Positions 48,838 through 60,499 of a stretch of DNA of 64,000 nucleotides are shown in pieces. Within the stretch, counting starts at the first letter, position 1. The number at the start of each line of letters is the position of its first letter. Source of the stretch: Ostrea edulis (Eukaryota); assembly GCF_947568905.1 (NCBI RefSeq), contig NC_079168.1, positions 83,018,001 through 83,082,000 of the forward strand. The letters are read 5' to 3'. The translations under genes and the position numbers were made by a program. The notes below the pieces were generated by a model. It was given only the letters and a program-made list of their open reading frames with translations, was not told the origin of the DNA and did not search any database.

Positions 48838-50515
48838 AGCTCTATTAAGAGCTTCTTCCTCGGTGTATGGTCCAGAAACTTGTGAAATTAGAACCTACAT
48901 GTATGGTAATAAGCCGCAATATACTGTGAAATCAGAAATCCAGTGCAATATATTGTGAAAATAGAACCTATGGCAAAATTTTGTGAAATCAGAAATCCAG
49001 GGCAGTATACTGTGAAATCATGAACCCTGGACGATACACTGTCGGTTGAGGAACCCGGGGTTAAATACTGTCGAATGAGGAAGCCCGTTTTTGTACTTTC
49101 AGATTTTTTGCTATTTCAAGTGAACACGCATGTATATTTATGGATCAGCTATATGGCATAGCGATGGCTTCTTAACTTTATAAATTGGTTAATGCTATGA
49201 GAACATAATTTTTTTTGATCGGTCAATGCTATGAGAACATAAATTCATGGATCGGTTAATGCTTTGGGAACAAACATTTTTGAATCGGTCTGTGTTATGA
49301 GAACATAAATTCATGGATCAGTAAATACTTTTGGAACAGATTTTTGAATCGGTCTGTGTTATGGGAACATACATTCATGGACTGATTACTGATGTAAGGC
49401 CAGATATCTATTGATTGGTCTTTACTATAAAGAGTGCATTTTTAGCTTCAAGTATGATCGCATTTTGGGGATACATATAAATATTCTGACCAAAAAGTTT
49501 TGGAACTTTGATCCATTAGGAGTGATGGCGACCAGTAATTCTAGATACAGATATTTCCAAAACACGTGTTCGGGGAGAAAACGTTCCAGAAAAGGAGCTG
49601 TCGCTCTTTCTTGCTTCCTTCCCATTCTTATAATTACAAACATCTTTTTGAATATTTAAATTTAGGTGAAATCTGCGACGTGACTGGAACATTGTTTGAC
49701 CTCCGAGAGCCAGTTAGACTGGGGGATAGACTCAGTGAGGTGCCCCGGGGGAAGGGGTACTTTAACAATTTCTGCGTCACAGATGCAGATGGAAGTATGA
49801 GACTAATTGCAAGGTAAGTCATTAACATGTCCGCTATCTGTGAGTAATCTATACATATTGTAATCTGCAGCATCCAAACAAAATGTCGTATCCAGGTATA
49901 AAATAGTACCGACGGTAAATAGTTTAAGCTGGGGGGGGGGGGGGGGGGCGTTGTGCTTCTTATTAATTCTTTATTGTATCCATACACCAATTCCATTCAG
50001 TTAACCGCCTGAGTAGTTAGCATCTTGTTTCTCTAGGCTGGACCATCCCCCGAGTGGCCGCCGTTTGGACGTGTACACTACGGAGCTGGGAGTTCAGTGC
50101 TATACCGGGGGAGACACAATCGACCACACCCAAGGAAAGGAGGGGGCGGTATACGAAAAATTCTGCTCCATCTGCCTGGAGACCCAGCACTATCCGGACA
50201 GCGTCAACCAGGTTGATCCTGAATTTACGTTTACGGAAGTCCTATCTTAATGTTTTGATTTCATTTATGATAATATGAATGGCACAATTGAAACATAAGT
50301 CATTGCACTGCATTGACAAAAGTGCCGAGGCATTATCTGAATTATGTACAGCTGAACAGAAAATATGCGTTCTATGATGTATTGATTGGTAGTTCGCTGT
50401 TTTGATACGTGTACGTTTATTGTTCTTATAGAAAAGTTTTCCCAACACTATCCTTCGACCTGGGGAACAATACACAAGCAAGACTGTGTACAGGTTTGGA
50501 CTTCTGGAACAGTGA
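44211..50515 (+). CDS. GALM: Aldose 1-epimerase / galactose mutarotase-like paralog B, 353 aa; exons 44211-44281, 44374-44504, 47796-47950, 48182-48391, 48664-48751, 49666-49813, 50037-50211, 50432-50515
   Basis: Motifs [39 protein letters not shown]. Intron phases match paralog A, and six of eight exon lengths are identical. The total of 1062 nt is open to TGA. Confidence 0.92.
44780..44892 (+). mobile_element. Penelope-like RT tail fragment (left part of interrupted copy 3)
   Basis: Translates [37 protein letters not shown], a degenerate F.IVNFP.L.SNIP...AYGVY.SQL.RYARACS motif. Confidence 0.65.
45403..45714 (-). pseudogene. LINE ORF2 C-terminal fragment nested in GALM-B intron 2
   Basis: [37 protein letters not shown] matches the C-terminal motif of the LINE at 2298-3445 (RIEQGRY..RLCEFC..EDEYHFILIC). 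Confidence 0.75.
46236..46504. mobile_element. About 270-bp MITE-like element
   Basis: Perfect 21-bp inverted repeat GGCACCTGAAGTATGGATACT (46236-46256) / AGTATCCATACTTCAGGTGCC (46484-46504), extended by C-run/G-run arms. Confidence 0.7.
46670..47420. repeat. 21-bp subterminal tandem array, about 35 copies
   Basis: Unit A(C/T)ATACATCACAAGATATTGA. About 5 reverse-complement copies lie at 45040-45150. Confidence 0.97.
47449..47786 (+). mobile_element. 3' fragment of a Penelope-like retroelement (right part of copy 3)
   Basis: AGGTTGCTGTTACAGGGGTTTCAACAG..GACGTGTTTCATACC..CCCACCTCTGGTGTATCCAGGGGTCCG..GATTGATCACTG..TTATCTTCAC; it ends about 9 nt before GALM-B exon 3. Confidence 0.75.
48452..48634. 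repeat. 36-bp tandem repeat, 5 copies, two variants
   Basis: ..GACTTAATGCAGATACAATTCTTTATGAAATAAA and ..AACTTGATATAGATACAGTTCTTTATGAAATAAA variants in GALM-B intron 4. Confidence 0.92.
48764..48834. repeat. (CT)n microsatellite
   Basis: CT run in GALM-B intron 5. Confidence 0.95.
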
Positions 50516-51217
50516 AACAGAAAACCTAGCAAATCAACGAATGGCGGGATGATATCTTGACACTTTTGTTGTATCAATTGTCATAAAGAAATGCTATTGC
50601 CATCGGGTATTCTAACATAGTGAATATATCTACTACTAAAACTGAATGGTACCACTCCCTACAAACGAGTGTTAATGGACACCAACTGTAGATATTGATC
50701 AACCTTGTTTTAGATTACAGGAATCGAATTATTATTTAGGGAGTATAACTTTCAAGTTTACAACGAACTGCTGAAATAATTTCACAGAAAATGCCATTGA
50801 CTATACATACATGATCAATCAGTTTTAGGTGTTTTCGTTTATTATGAAGGTATTGTCGGCATATTTTGACACAATTGTTATTTTCTTCTCAAATAAAATC
50901 TACAGAACTACATACAATGTATATACATGTATGTCTATGTATTCCAAGGTCTGGGAGGGGTTTAAATCTGAAGAAAAAACTCACTCACCCCTCCGGAAAA
51001 AAAAAGTACGAGAAAGAATTTTTTTTTTAAAAAGTATTAATTTTTTTCCCTACAAAGGTACAAACCCATTGTTTATTCCCATTCTCATGGAAATTGGTAA
51101 ATCACTGACCGTTTACAGATCGCCTCCTATTCTGTGTTTCTTATCGTGTTGCCTATAGAGCTCGCTTGCTTAGTGCTACTAGGCACGACCGTTAGAGAGA
51201 GCGCAGCAAACACAGAA

Positions 51218-51281
51218 ATGTCCATTCATTTCAGGCCGGTAATCCTGTCCACTAAACAGATTGTTAAAGACAAACCTCAGT
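51218..51281 (+). CDS. Candidate first coding exon for the downstream uncharacterised gene(s)
   Basis: ATG..MSIHFRPVILSTKQIVKDKPQ + T|GTGAGA is a phase-1 donor that matches the phase-1 acceptors at 52838 and 57581. No transcript evidence. Confidence 0.4.
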
Positions 51282-52540
51282 GTGAGATTAATTTAATCTC
51301 AAATGACCGTCATTGGTTTGACGTTTTAACATTTATAATCCCCATTGTTAATTCTGCTGATTTATATAACAGAGAATAGTCATGTTTAAAAACTGAACTT
51401 AATTTTTTTTTTTAAATGATGGAAAGCAATTAAAAAGTTAACAGGGGTATCAAAAACAGAAATGGGTAAGTGTTTCTTATCTATTTCATCCATTCATTTA
51501 GAATCTACGGTAATTGACCTAGATTAATGTACATAATGTACGAAGTAAATTCAATGATTGATATTCATCGATTTCAAAATCGATAGCTATGATATACACC
51601 TTTAGGTTTTTATTCATCTTGCACGTCTATGTTAAGTTCTTATACATACTAGTATATTCTTTTTATTCTGTTTTCGTCCAATGAGCTGGCCCGTCATTGT
51701 TCTAAGTCGTTCCCTAGTTAACACATTGAATAGCAAGCCAATATGCAGGTTGTAGTAAATACGTTTGTAGATTTAGTGTAGGGTTAGTACTAGCTTGTTT
51801 ATCTATTTACTATCTTTAGCTATTCTATGTTTTAAAATTTTTTCGTTTGTCCTTAGGAGGAAGGGGGGGGGGAGGGGGATCCGAAAATTTAACAATTGTT
51901 CGTGTCGTTGGTCATTATATGATTACGCAGTGAGTGGACGGTTATAAAATGGATATATACCTTGAATTTAAACATAGATATTATTCCGAAATAACAGTAT
52001 TGTTCAATAGAAAACAAGTATTTGAGAGAAACGTCTTAATTATTTTTAATCATAGGGAATTATTAGTTAAATTTAGAAACCAAGGTGTTAAGTTGTTTAC
52101 GAAGTCGCTCTGGACTTGATATGAAAACAAATATGTGCCCAATGTATTTAATAATCCCTCGACATTTAATTTGTATGGAACTACTTCTTTCGTACAGCAT
52201 CGATTGAAATTCTCTTCCCGAAACTTTATTTCTACTTGCAGGTTATTATCTCCACTTGACGTCACTTGCCACAAACACCCCCACCCCCACCCCCACCCCA
52301 ATGATGAAAATGACAACTAAGTTTATGTTATTACAAGTAAAATGAATACAATTTACCGTATAGAATGTAATTTATTCCCATGATTTCTCATTTAAATTCG
52401 GTCCAAAACAGTGGGGGGGGGGGGGGGATATATTTACATTGGGAAGGATATTATATATCATAGAAAATATATTTATTTTCAGGAAATTTTATATTTGTAC
52501 TCATTACAACCAAACGAAACCAAAGACTCCATGCATCAAT

Positions 52541-52624
<84 letters not shown>
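52541..52624. repeat. Compound (CT)n(GT)n microsatellite
   Basis: CT run followed directly by a GT run. Confidence 0.95.
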
Positions 52625-52627
<3 letters not shown>

Positions 52628-52837
52628 ATCATCTGTCCTTAACATAAGAAACAGACTACCTATGTACTTGTAAGTTAGAATTAAGTAAAATGGCGATAAT
52701 GTCATATTCATCTGATTTCTACGATATTTACAGCAAATATTAAGAATTTCGAAATATCGGAATACATGTAAAATATTTCTGTTACATATATGGAACTTGT
52801 ATGCGTTGTATTTTTTTTTTTTTTAATTTCTTATTAG

Positions 52838-54801
52838 CTCCAGCAGAGAAGAATGAGTATGAGTTGGCACGTGACTACGGTCTTGACATCAGTATGCCGG
52901 AAGCGAACTTTGCAGTGGCTTCCGCTGCACAGAAGGAGTATCAGAAACAATGCAGCTTCCTGTATAGAGATTTTACGAAAAACATGAACTCCCACATAAA
53001 GCAAGAGCAAAAACTTAGACTAGAACTCCGAAACTTAAAAAAAGAAAAAATTCTAAACAGCCAATACTCATTGTACCGTACGGACGGCAAAGATTTGTTT
53101 TCCACCGCCAAAGCGAAGAGAGAGCTGCTGCTTAAGAATAACGAATTATCCAGCTCTTTCTTTGAAGATTTATGTTTTAATCCATGGGGTCTTGATTCCA
53201 TCATAGACGAAGATTTAATTCCTCCTACAACTTCCCCGGATCAGGTGAACGAAGGAGAATTCCAAACGGAACCTTGGAATAAGGGAAGCCTCGAAACAGA
53301 ACCTCAGTATGACACCGAAAACTTCCCGCCTAAATCTGAAGTAGAGCACCTCCAACAACCGTCTCTAGCGATCAAGCTAGACGCTAAGAATGTCAATACT
53401 CCCGTTGCTAAAGTAGAACATCTTTTGCAATCCCAGTCTCATTCACTTTCTGTACCACCTAAATCGTCAGACCCCCTAAATCTGACACAAAGGAGCCTCC
53501 CTGTCAAACTACCTGATGCCTCCAAACCGGAAATCGATATAAATGAGCAAGATACAGACACAGCAGAAAGTGCATGTGATGGTGAAGTGGACATTCAGAC
53601 GGAGAGGACACGGGCCAGGAGTATCGTCATTGACAGAAATAAATTTATAGAGCTTCAGAGAGGAGATGTCAATGTCAAGCTTAGAAATAAGAATGGGGCA
53701 TTCCTCGTGAAACCCGTCAAACTCAGCTACGACCCAACGGGAGTTGATGCCGTCTTTGCTGCCAAAGATCCATCAAAAGAACGAATAGCATTAGTTCGAC
53801 AGAACACAAATTGGAAATCTCCAACAGTGTCAGCCGAGCTTAAGATTAACAATAGAATAGCCATCCAAAAATCGCTTGTAGGAAAAGCGGCGAAAAAGAC
53901 CACAGTAGCCGAAATCTTCAACAGTGCTAGGGACAGGAAAACGCGCCATTTCAGAATAATATCAAATTCTTACAAAAACGAAGAAAATGGCGATGAGTCA
54001 AGCAGAGACAACAAAACGCAAATGAGGCCAGCATCTTCTCCTATAGTAAAATTCCCAAGTACTTCTGAAAAGGTAATGAGAAAAACTAACGTTCTTAAAA
54101 GCAGAAAAGCAGAGGGGGGACCACCTGTTATTATCCATGGAGCATTTACGGAGAAGGTTTCTAAGAAGCAGGTTCCTATCGTGTCCCGAGAAAACAGCTG
54201 GAATGATTCTTCTGCAGCACCACACATGAAAGACAATCTCTCCAGCTCAGTGAACAAGAGGAATTGTGATTCTGTGAACTCCGTGGCGCGACCTGCCTCA
54301 CAGGGCTCCATGGAAAGTCATAACGTGTTAAATACTTCCGGTTGTCATAGAGTGACCTTTGCAAGACGAGGTTCACATGACTTATCTTCACAGCTAAACA
54401 GATCTGCCTCCTCTATGTCAATGAGAGAGGGTAATGTACAGTTCATGATGAGTGATTCCGACATGAACAACATGCTTCAGAGGTTGATTGCAGGAAAAGG
54501 GGAAAGGGGGGATTATAGTACAGAGCAAACGAAGGAGAACATGCCGGATGTACAGGGTACAATCAAAGCAATGACGTTCATCAAACGCTTGAGTAGAATG
54601 TCGAGCCGAAACAAAAGGAACACTCCATCAGATATCGCCTCTAGCATAGGAACTTTCCCCAGGCGTGTCGCCAGTCGTCAAGACACCAATCAACTCATTA
54701 AGGATGCAAAACAAAAGGACAGTGAATATAATGATACAATGAACTCCATGAGGCGCAGGGTGGCGTTAGGGGCTTCGAGATCCAGAAGTGGCCTGAAATA
54801 A
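52838..54801 (+). CDS. Large terminal coding exon, uncharacterised protein A
   Basis: A 2-kb open frame follows the acceptor TTCTTATTAG|CT. It shares three blocks with 57581-59607, with many silent differences. Confidence 0.85.
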
Positions 54802-55028
54802 TCATACAGTCAGGTTCATGCCAATCGATTGTAGAGACAGCAATTGGCACCATGATGTGTTTGAATATTTATGACGTCACCATCAGGGTTTATGATCTCA
54901 ATCATTCACTGCTACTGTCTTTTCATTCCTTGTTATTTTAGAATATGAATAGATTAAAGAGGATTTGCTTTACGGTTTTTTTTTTTTTTAATTCTTACTG
55001 CTTGCTCAAGTTTAGTCTAAATTTAGGA

Positions 55029-55297
55029 GATTGATTGATTGAATATTGTTTAAACGTCCTGCTTGAAAATTTTTTCCTCATATGGAGACGTCATCATTGC
55101 CGGTGAAAGGCTGTATAATTTAGGTCTATCCTCGGAGCTTACAGCCTTTGAACATTGAGGAATCTTTATCGTGCCACACCTGTTGTGACATGGGGCCTCG
55201 ATTTTGCGGTTTCATCCTATAGACCGCCCTATTTAGTCGCTTCTTACGACAATCAAGGGGTACTGGGGACCTATTCTAGCCCGGATTTCCATGGGAC
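55029..55297 (-). mobile_element. Meta-core-like short retroposon with a non-tRNA head
   Basis: Reverse-complement homolog of 29157-29405, with a (GATT)n tail at 55029. Confidence 0.8.
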
Positions 55298-55409
55298 ATG
55301 ATGAAAGTGAGTGGAAATTACTATTAGTAGACATAATAGACACCATTTGGATGATCCATGGATAATTCTCATTATTAGAATACTAACTATATATATACAT
55401 GTAGTTTGT

Positions 55410-55700
55410 TTCGTTTGTTTGCTTTAAGTCCCTTTGATAATTTTTCACTCATATAGAGGCGCTACCATCTGTAGATGGCACGCGTGGCGTTCCGTGTCGC
55501 GACAGGTAGGGTTTTCTATAGTTCCAACGCTTGCCGCGACATGGAACATCATCAGCTCTCACTTGTGAATGCTCAGAGTTTAACACACGAGCAGTCATTA
55601 TCTATTTTCACACCTTAGATTTAACGCGTCTCGGTATGAGCGGGGCCCTGACGCACGACCTTCCGGTCACAAAGCAAACGCCCTCACCACTGAGCCTCGC
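55410..55700 (-). mobile_element. Degenerate tRNA-headed SINE
   Basis: The minus strand starts GGCTCAGTGGTGAGGGCGTTTGCTTTGTGACCGGAAGGTCGTG. The tail TTTTTCACTCATATAGAGGCG.TACCAT resembles the other SINE tails. Confidence 0.55.
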
Positions 55701-57201
55701 GATCGTTTAAACTATGAATTTAAAGCGCATCAGGGGAAAATTAAAGCACTGTTAATATATATAAGAAGATGAATAATTCACTCGATTAGATAAACGTGAA
55801 GTTGAGATATTGATGTAGAAAATAGTTAACCATTTACCAGTATATTATGTGAATTGGTGTGCTTTATCTCAGTATGCCCAAAAACTGAGATATATACAGT
55901 GTATATACACTGCACATTGTTGAAATCTTCGAAATTGGTTTCTATAATTTTAAGTATACATTGTTGTCAACATCTAAATTGATACAGGGATTCATTCCAA
56001 ATCTTGTGTTGTCAAGGCATCTCTAGACGAGAATTTATACCGTCACAAACATGGACATTGCCATAAGGTAACCTTAGTTTGTCAAATCCTTAATTGGATT
56101 CTAAAATGTCTCTTTACGCACTTCTATAACACATGGCCCTGTACACAAGAACTAATGACTGCATTCGTACAAAGGGGAGATTACCATTGGTTGCAGCTTT
56201 GCACATTTAATCTTTAATCCCAATAATCCATATAAACTATAAGTGCCCCCGACAGTGTGCATTGTATGTATTAATTCTTTTGTTTGTGCCAAATGAAATA
56301 AATATGGGTTGCAATTGCTAGTATAGAGAACTGCTGCCATGGGTAAGGTTCTGTTACATTGTTCAATTTGTTTTATCATTTGTATTGTACAAAGCTGGAG
56401 ATGTGATTACAAGTATATCATAATATATTACAATTTAGAAGTCAAATCTTCGTTTATCCTAAGAGCTGTGTATACTTGAAAGTGAGTGCATGTGTATAGA
56501 TTTAATTTCCTCAGGAGTCTGGCTTCATGGCCATAAACTGCAAACAGATTTACGTCAAATTTTCATATTGATCTCATCCATATTATATTAAATATTTTGA
56601 AATCGAGAAACTAAATTTATTTTGAAATTAGATTTTGATATGATTCAAAATATAAATTAAAGTATTTTGTGTAATTTTAAGAACCCAAGTGTATATACAA
56701 AATTTCATTTCTATTCTCAGTTTATGGTTATGGAGCCTGGTCACATAAGAAATGTTAGAATCCCCGTACCTTTTGTACATTCTGATGACGAACAATATAC
56801 ATGTACAATGTACTTGCTGTATACAAGATAGGTGTATACAAAAAGACCATAATTCAGACACTTCAAATATTCATCAAAATACGATCACGCAAGAGAATTG
56901 TTGAAAAAATGTGAAATTTGAGTGACAGTTTTGTCATTGATTTGTTGATTCTAGGGCTTCGCGCCACATATTCCACATCAAATGAGTGTTCTCTATAAAG
57001 ATGTTGTTGATCTAAATTTTTAAAACTGTAAAAGAGACCCAGAAACCAAAATATTAAGATTTGCACTTTAGAAAAAAAGTAATAAATCATTTAGTGACCA
57101 CTAATTAGTATATGGAAATCCCATTTTGCGACTGTCCAGTGGTTAAAACTATGGCTTCTAGTCTGATGAAAACATTTTCAAAACATTGACTATTATTTGA
57201 A

Positions 57202-57364
57202 TGCAAGGTGAAGATAACAAACAGTGATCAATCTCATAACTCCTATAAGCAATACAAAATAGATAGTTGGGCAAACACGGACCCCTGGACACACCAGAGG
57301 TGGGATCAGGTGCCTAGGAGGAGTAAGCATCCCCTGTTGACCGATCACACCCGCCGTGAGCCCT
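57202..57364 (-). mobile_element. 3' fragment of a Penelope-like retroelement (copy 4)
   Basis: 5 differences over about 160 nt from 40317-40484, with the same terminus TGCAAGGTGAAGATAAC. Confidence 0.75.
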
Positions 57365-57580
57365 AGTATTAATGTATGATTTTTTTTTTACTTTTGTGGA
57401 AAGAATTATTTCGCTACGATGAAGTGTCGTCTTCGTTCACTCGATTCCTGCAATAATTTTTCATTAAAGACCCATCTTTTCTGTACAAATACTTCACATG
57501 CCCAGTATTTCTTTAAAATAGTGATTTAAAAATTGCAATTACTCGAATTTCTGTACTAAAACAGATTCAAATATTTACAG

Positions 57581-59607
57581 CTCCAACAGAGAAAGATTCT
57601 TATGACTTGGCTCGGAACTATGGATTGGATATATCGATGCCGGATGTCAACCTCGCTGTGTCAACAGCAGCACAGAAAGTCTACGCCAAACAGTGCAACA
57701 TCCTGTATAAGGAATTTCAAAAGACATTAACCTCTCTAATCAAAGAGGAACAGGTTGTCCGGCGAGATTTGAGAAAGCTGAAAAAGGATAAAGCAGTTAA
57801 CAGTCGATATTCTCTCTACAGGACGGAGGGGGCCGATCTTTTCTCCAAAGCAAGCCAAAAAAGGAAGACGTTCAGGGAGAATAACTTGGCCACCATATCT
57901 CCGCTATTGGATGACTGTTTCGAATTCACACCATATGGGGTCGACTCTGTGATCGCAGAGGAGGAGGAGGGGGAATCAGATGATCGTCCCAAAACTGCCC
58001 CAGGTAATAAATCGCTGTCACCGGAGATGAAACCTGTGGATGGCGAGGTGGATTCGGTATTTGAAGCAAACAGACCTAAAACGGCTGGTTTTCCGTTAGC
58101 TACGACCTCCAACACAAAAGAAGCTAAAACGACTTCCAAGACGGAAGGAAAATCTATTATGAAACAATCTGATCGAAAATTTTCTGAGTCAGGCCAGAAA
58201 GATCATAGAGGCAGTGATCAAAAAAGTATAGAAATTGATTCTAAAGAGATCAATCTGCCCGAGCAAAAAATCGCACAAATTGACAGACTTTTAAAATCTG
58301 CCAGTCAAGTGAGGTCTCTGCCCATTGACCATGAAATGACGTCACTCCCAGACCTAAAATCTGAGGAAAGTGACAATGAGGATGGAGAAGTTGACGTGCA
58401 GACAGAAAGAACAAGAGCGAGAAAAATCACCATCAAAGCGGATAAATTCCTTGAACTAGAAAAGGGCAATACCACTGTGAAATTAAAGGACAAGGATGGC
58501 GAGTTTATCTTGAAACCACTCAACATTAACTACGAACCAGATGAAGTTGAAGCTGTGTTCTTTGCAAAGGATCCTACGCGTGAGAAAATGGCTTTGGTTC
58601 GACAGAAAACTAACTGGAGTTCTCAAACAGTTTCGGCGGATCTCAAAGTCAACAACAGAATAGCAATTCAAAAATCGCTTATGGGTATGAGTTCAAAGAA
58701 AACCACTGTCGCTGAAATTTTCAATAATGCAAGAGATAGAAGAACTCGACATTTTAGGATCATGCTTAAAAATCCTTTGATAAACGCCGAGAACGAGGAG
58801 GCTACTAAAGAAAGGAAGAAGTCGATAATATCAGTCCCCCCGGGTATGTCCAAATGGAAATCGCTTGCAGCTGCTACTAAAGTGTCAATGTCTAACAAAT
58901 CAAACGAAAAATCAACAGCGTCCACCGCCGTTCATCTTTACAAGCACCAGAAGAAACTAGCGTCTAAGCAGGAACCTGAACCAACCACAAATGTTAATAG
59001 AACGGGGAAAACAAGATCCCAAAGAATGTCGGATTCTGACGTTTCCTCTAAAGGTGTCGGTTCTCCCACAAAACCCCAACTTCGTGTAACCATAACTTCA
59101 CCTAGCGGTGCAGATAAAAATGTGCCACTGAGTGCCAAAAACATTTCGAAAAATGGCGATGATCATTCTGAGCTTTTTCACAGAGTTAAACATACCCCAA
59201 AAGCGCAAGATAGTAAGTTCTTGAATCGTTCTACGACATCTTTTGGCTCTCGTGAAGAAATACCGATGCATCTGTCGGACAGGGACATGACAGATATGAT
59301 ACGGAGGATGGTGGAGGGGGGTAGTGATTGTCGAAGTGAAGCCCCAGATACCAAGAGGAAGAAAGGTGGCGGTCGTATGCAGAAGACCTCCCCTAGTGTA
59401 GATAACATTTCTGACACGGAATCCATCTACTTTGGCAATGTCAAACGTCTCCTGTCCAGCAATCAAGCGAGACAAATTATCAAAGACCTAAAGAGACGGG
59501 ACCAAGAATATGATGATGCGATGCTCAACATGAGGAGAAGGGTCGCAATAGGTGCACAAGGTCATAATACCATGAGACGACCCAACAGCGTCGCAGCTTT
59601 CAGATAA
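57581..59607 (+). CDS. Large terminal coding exon, uncharacterised protein B (paralog of A)
   Basis: A 2-kb open frame follows the acceptor ATATTTACAG|CT and begins (x)PTEKDSYDLARNYGLDISMP, versus (x)PAEKNEYELARDYGLDISMP in A. Confidence 0.85.
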
Positions 59608-60499
59608 CCACAACTGTTAGTCTACACACACTATACATTGAAATTAGGAAGTAGATTTAAAGCAATGACTTCGGTGTTGTGGTTCCACTGGCGGTGACAA
59701 GTGCTTTCAGTCATTCGCACTATCTTCAAAATTACTCTATTCCTTTGTATACAATTCAGTTAAGTAGCAATTAAAAAAAAGTAATTATCCACAAAACTGT
59801 TTCGCTAGATGGTTTCTTTGGGATATTTAAAAACGACTCTGAACATAATTTTTGGGGGAAATGAGTTCAGATACATGAAGTGAAATTACCTTTGATAGAT
59901 TACCTTTAGATGTTTGATTAATGGTGTTCTGGTTTTACGGTCTAGTATTGATGGTTCCCTTAAATTGTTGTATGCATAAAACGCATAATTCAAAATAAAG
60001 AGTCTTGGTGCCTTCAATATAGTATGGAATCTTTCTTCCAAGTTTATGGGCCTTCGCTTTCTAAATAATTGTTTGGTAAAAGAGGTTCATATATGGAAGA
60101 CTGAATATAATTGATCTTTGGGAGAGGGAGAACAGACTGCAATTCTTATGATTAATCCCCTATATTAATTTAATTGCAGCTTCTTTGGTGCATAAAATTT
60201 TAATCTCCGGATTTTGATCGGCATTTTGTAATGAGAAAATTTAACCATCCAGTATCACAATTGTGACAAACCTGTTCCTAAATACAACTAAAACAAACAA
60301 AATTTTGATTTTTACGAATTCATAATAAAAAAGTATAAAAGTTTCAATTTTTCATAACCACCATTTTTCTCTTCTCTTTGAAAATGACAATCATACGTGT
60401 GTCTATATTCAATAAATAGTATTATTCCTCCACTAATATGAAATAAAATGTACAAAGAAAGCAGTGGTTTCTTGATATTCAGCATCAGTGGTAGCCTGT

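Noticed and set aside
52257-52264. CRE site TGACGTCA as promoter evidence
   Set aside because: The same 8-mer also occurs at 54872 and inside coding exons (for example 58337), so a single hit is uninformative.
52801-59607. Both ORFs being exactly 666 aa
   Set aside because: This is a coincidence of ORF calling from intronic or non-ATG starts. The true exon lengths are 1964 and 2027 nt.
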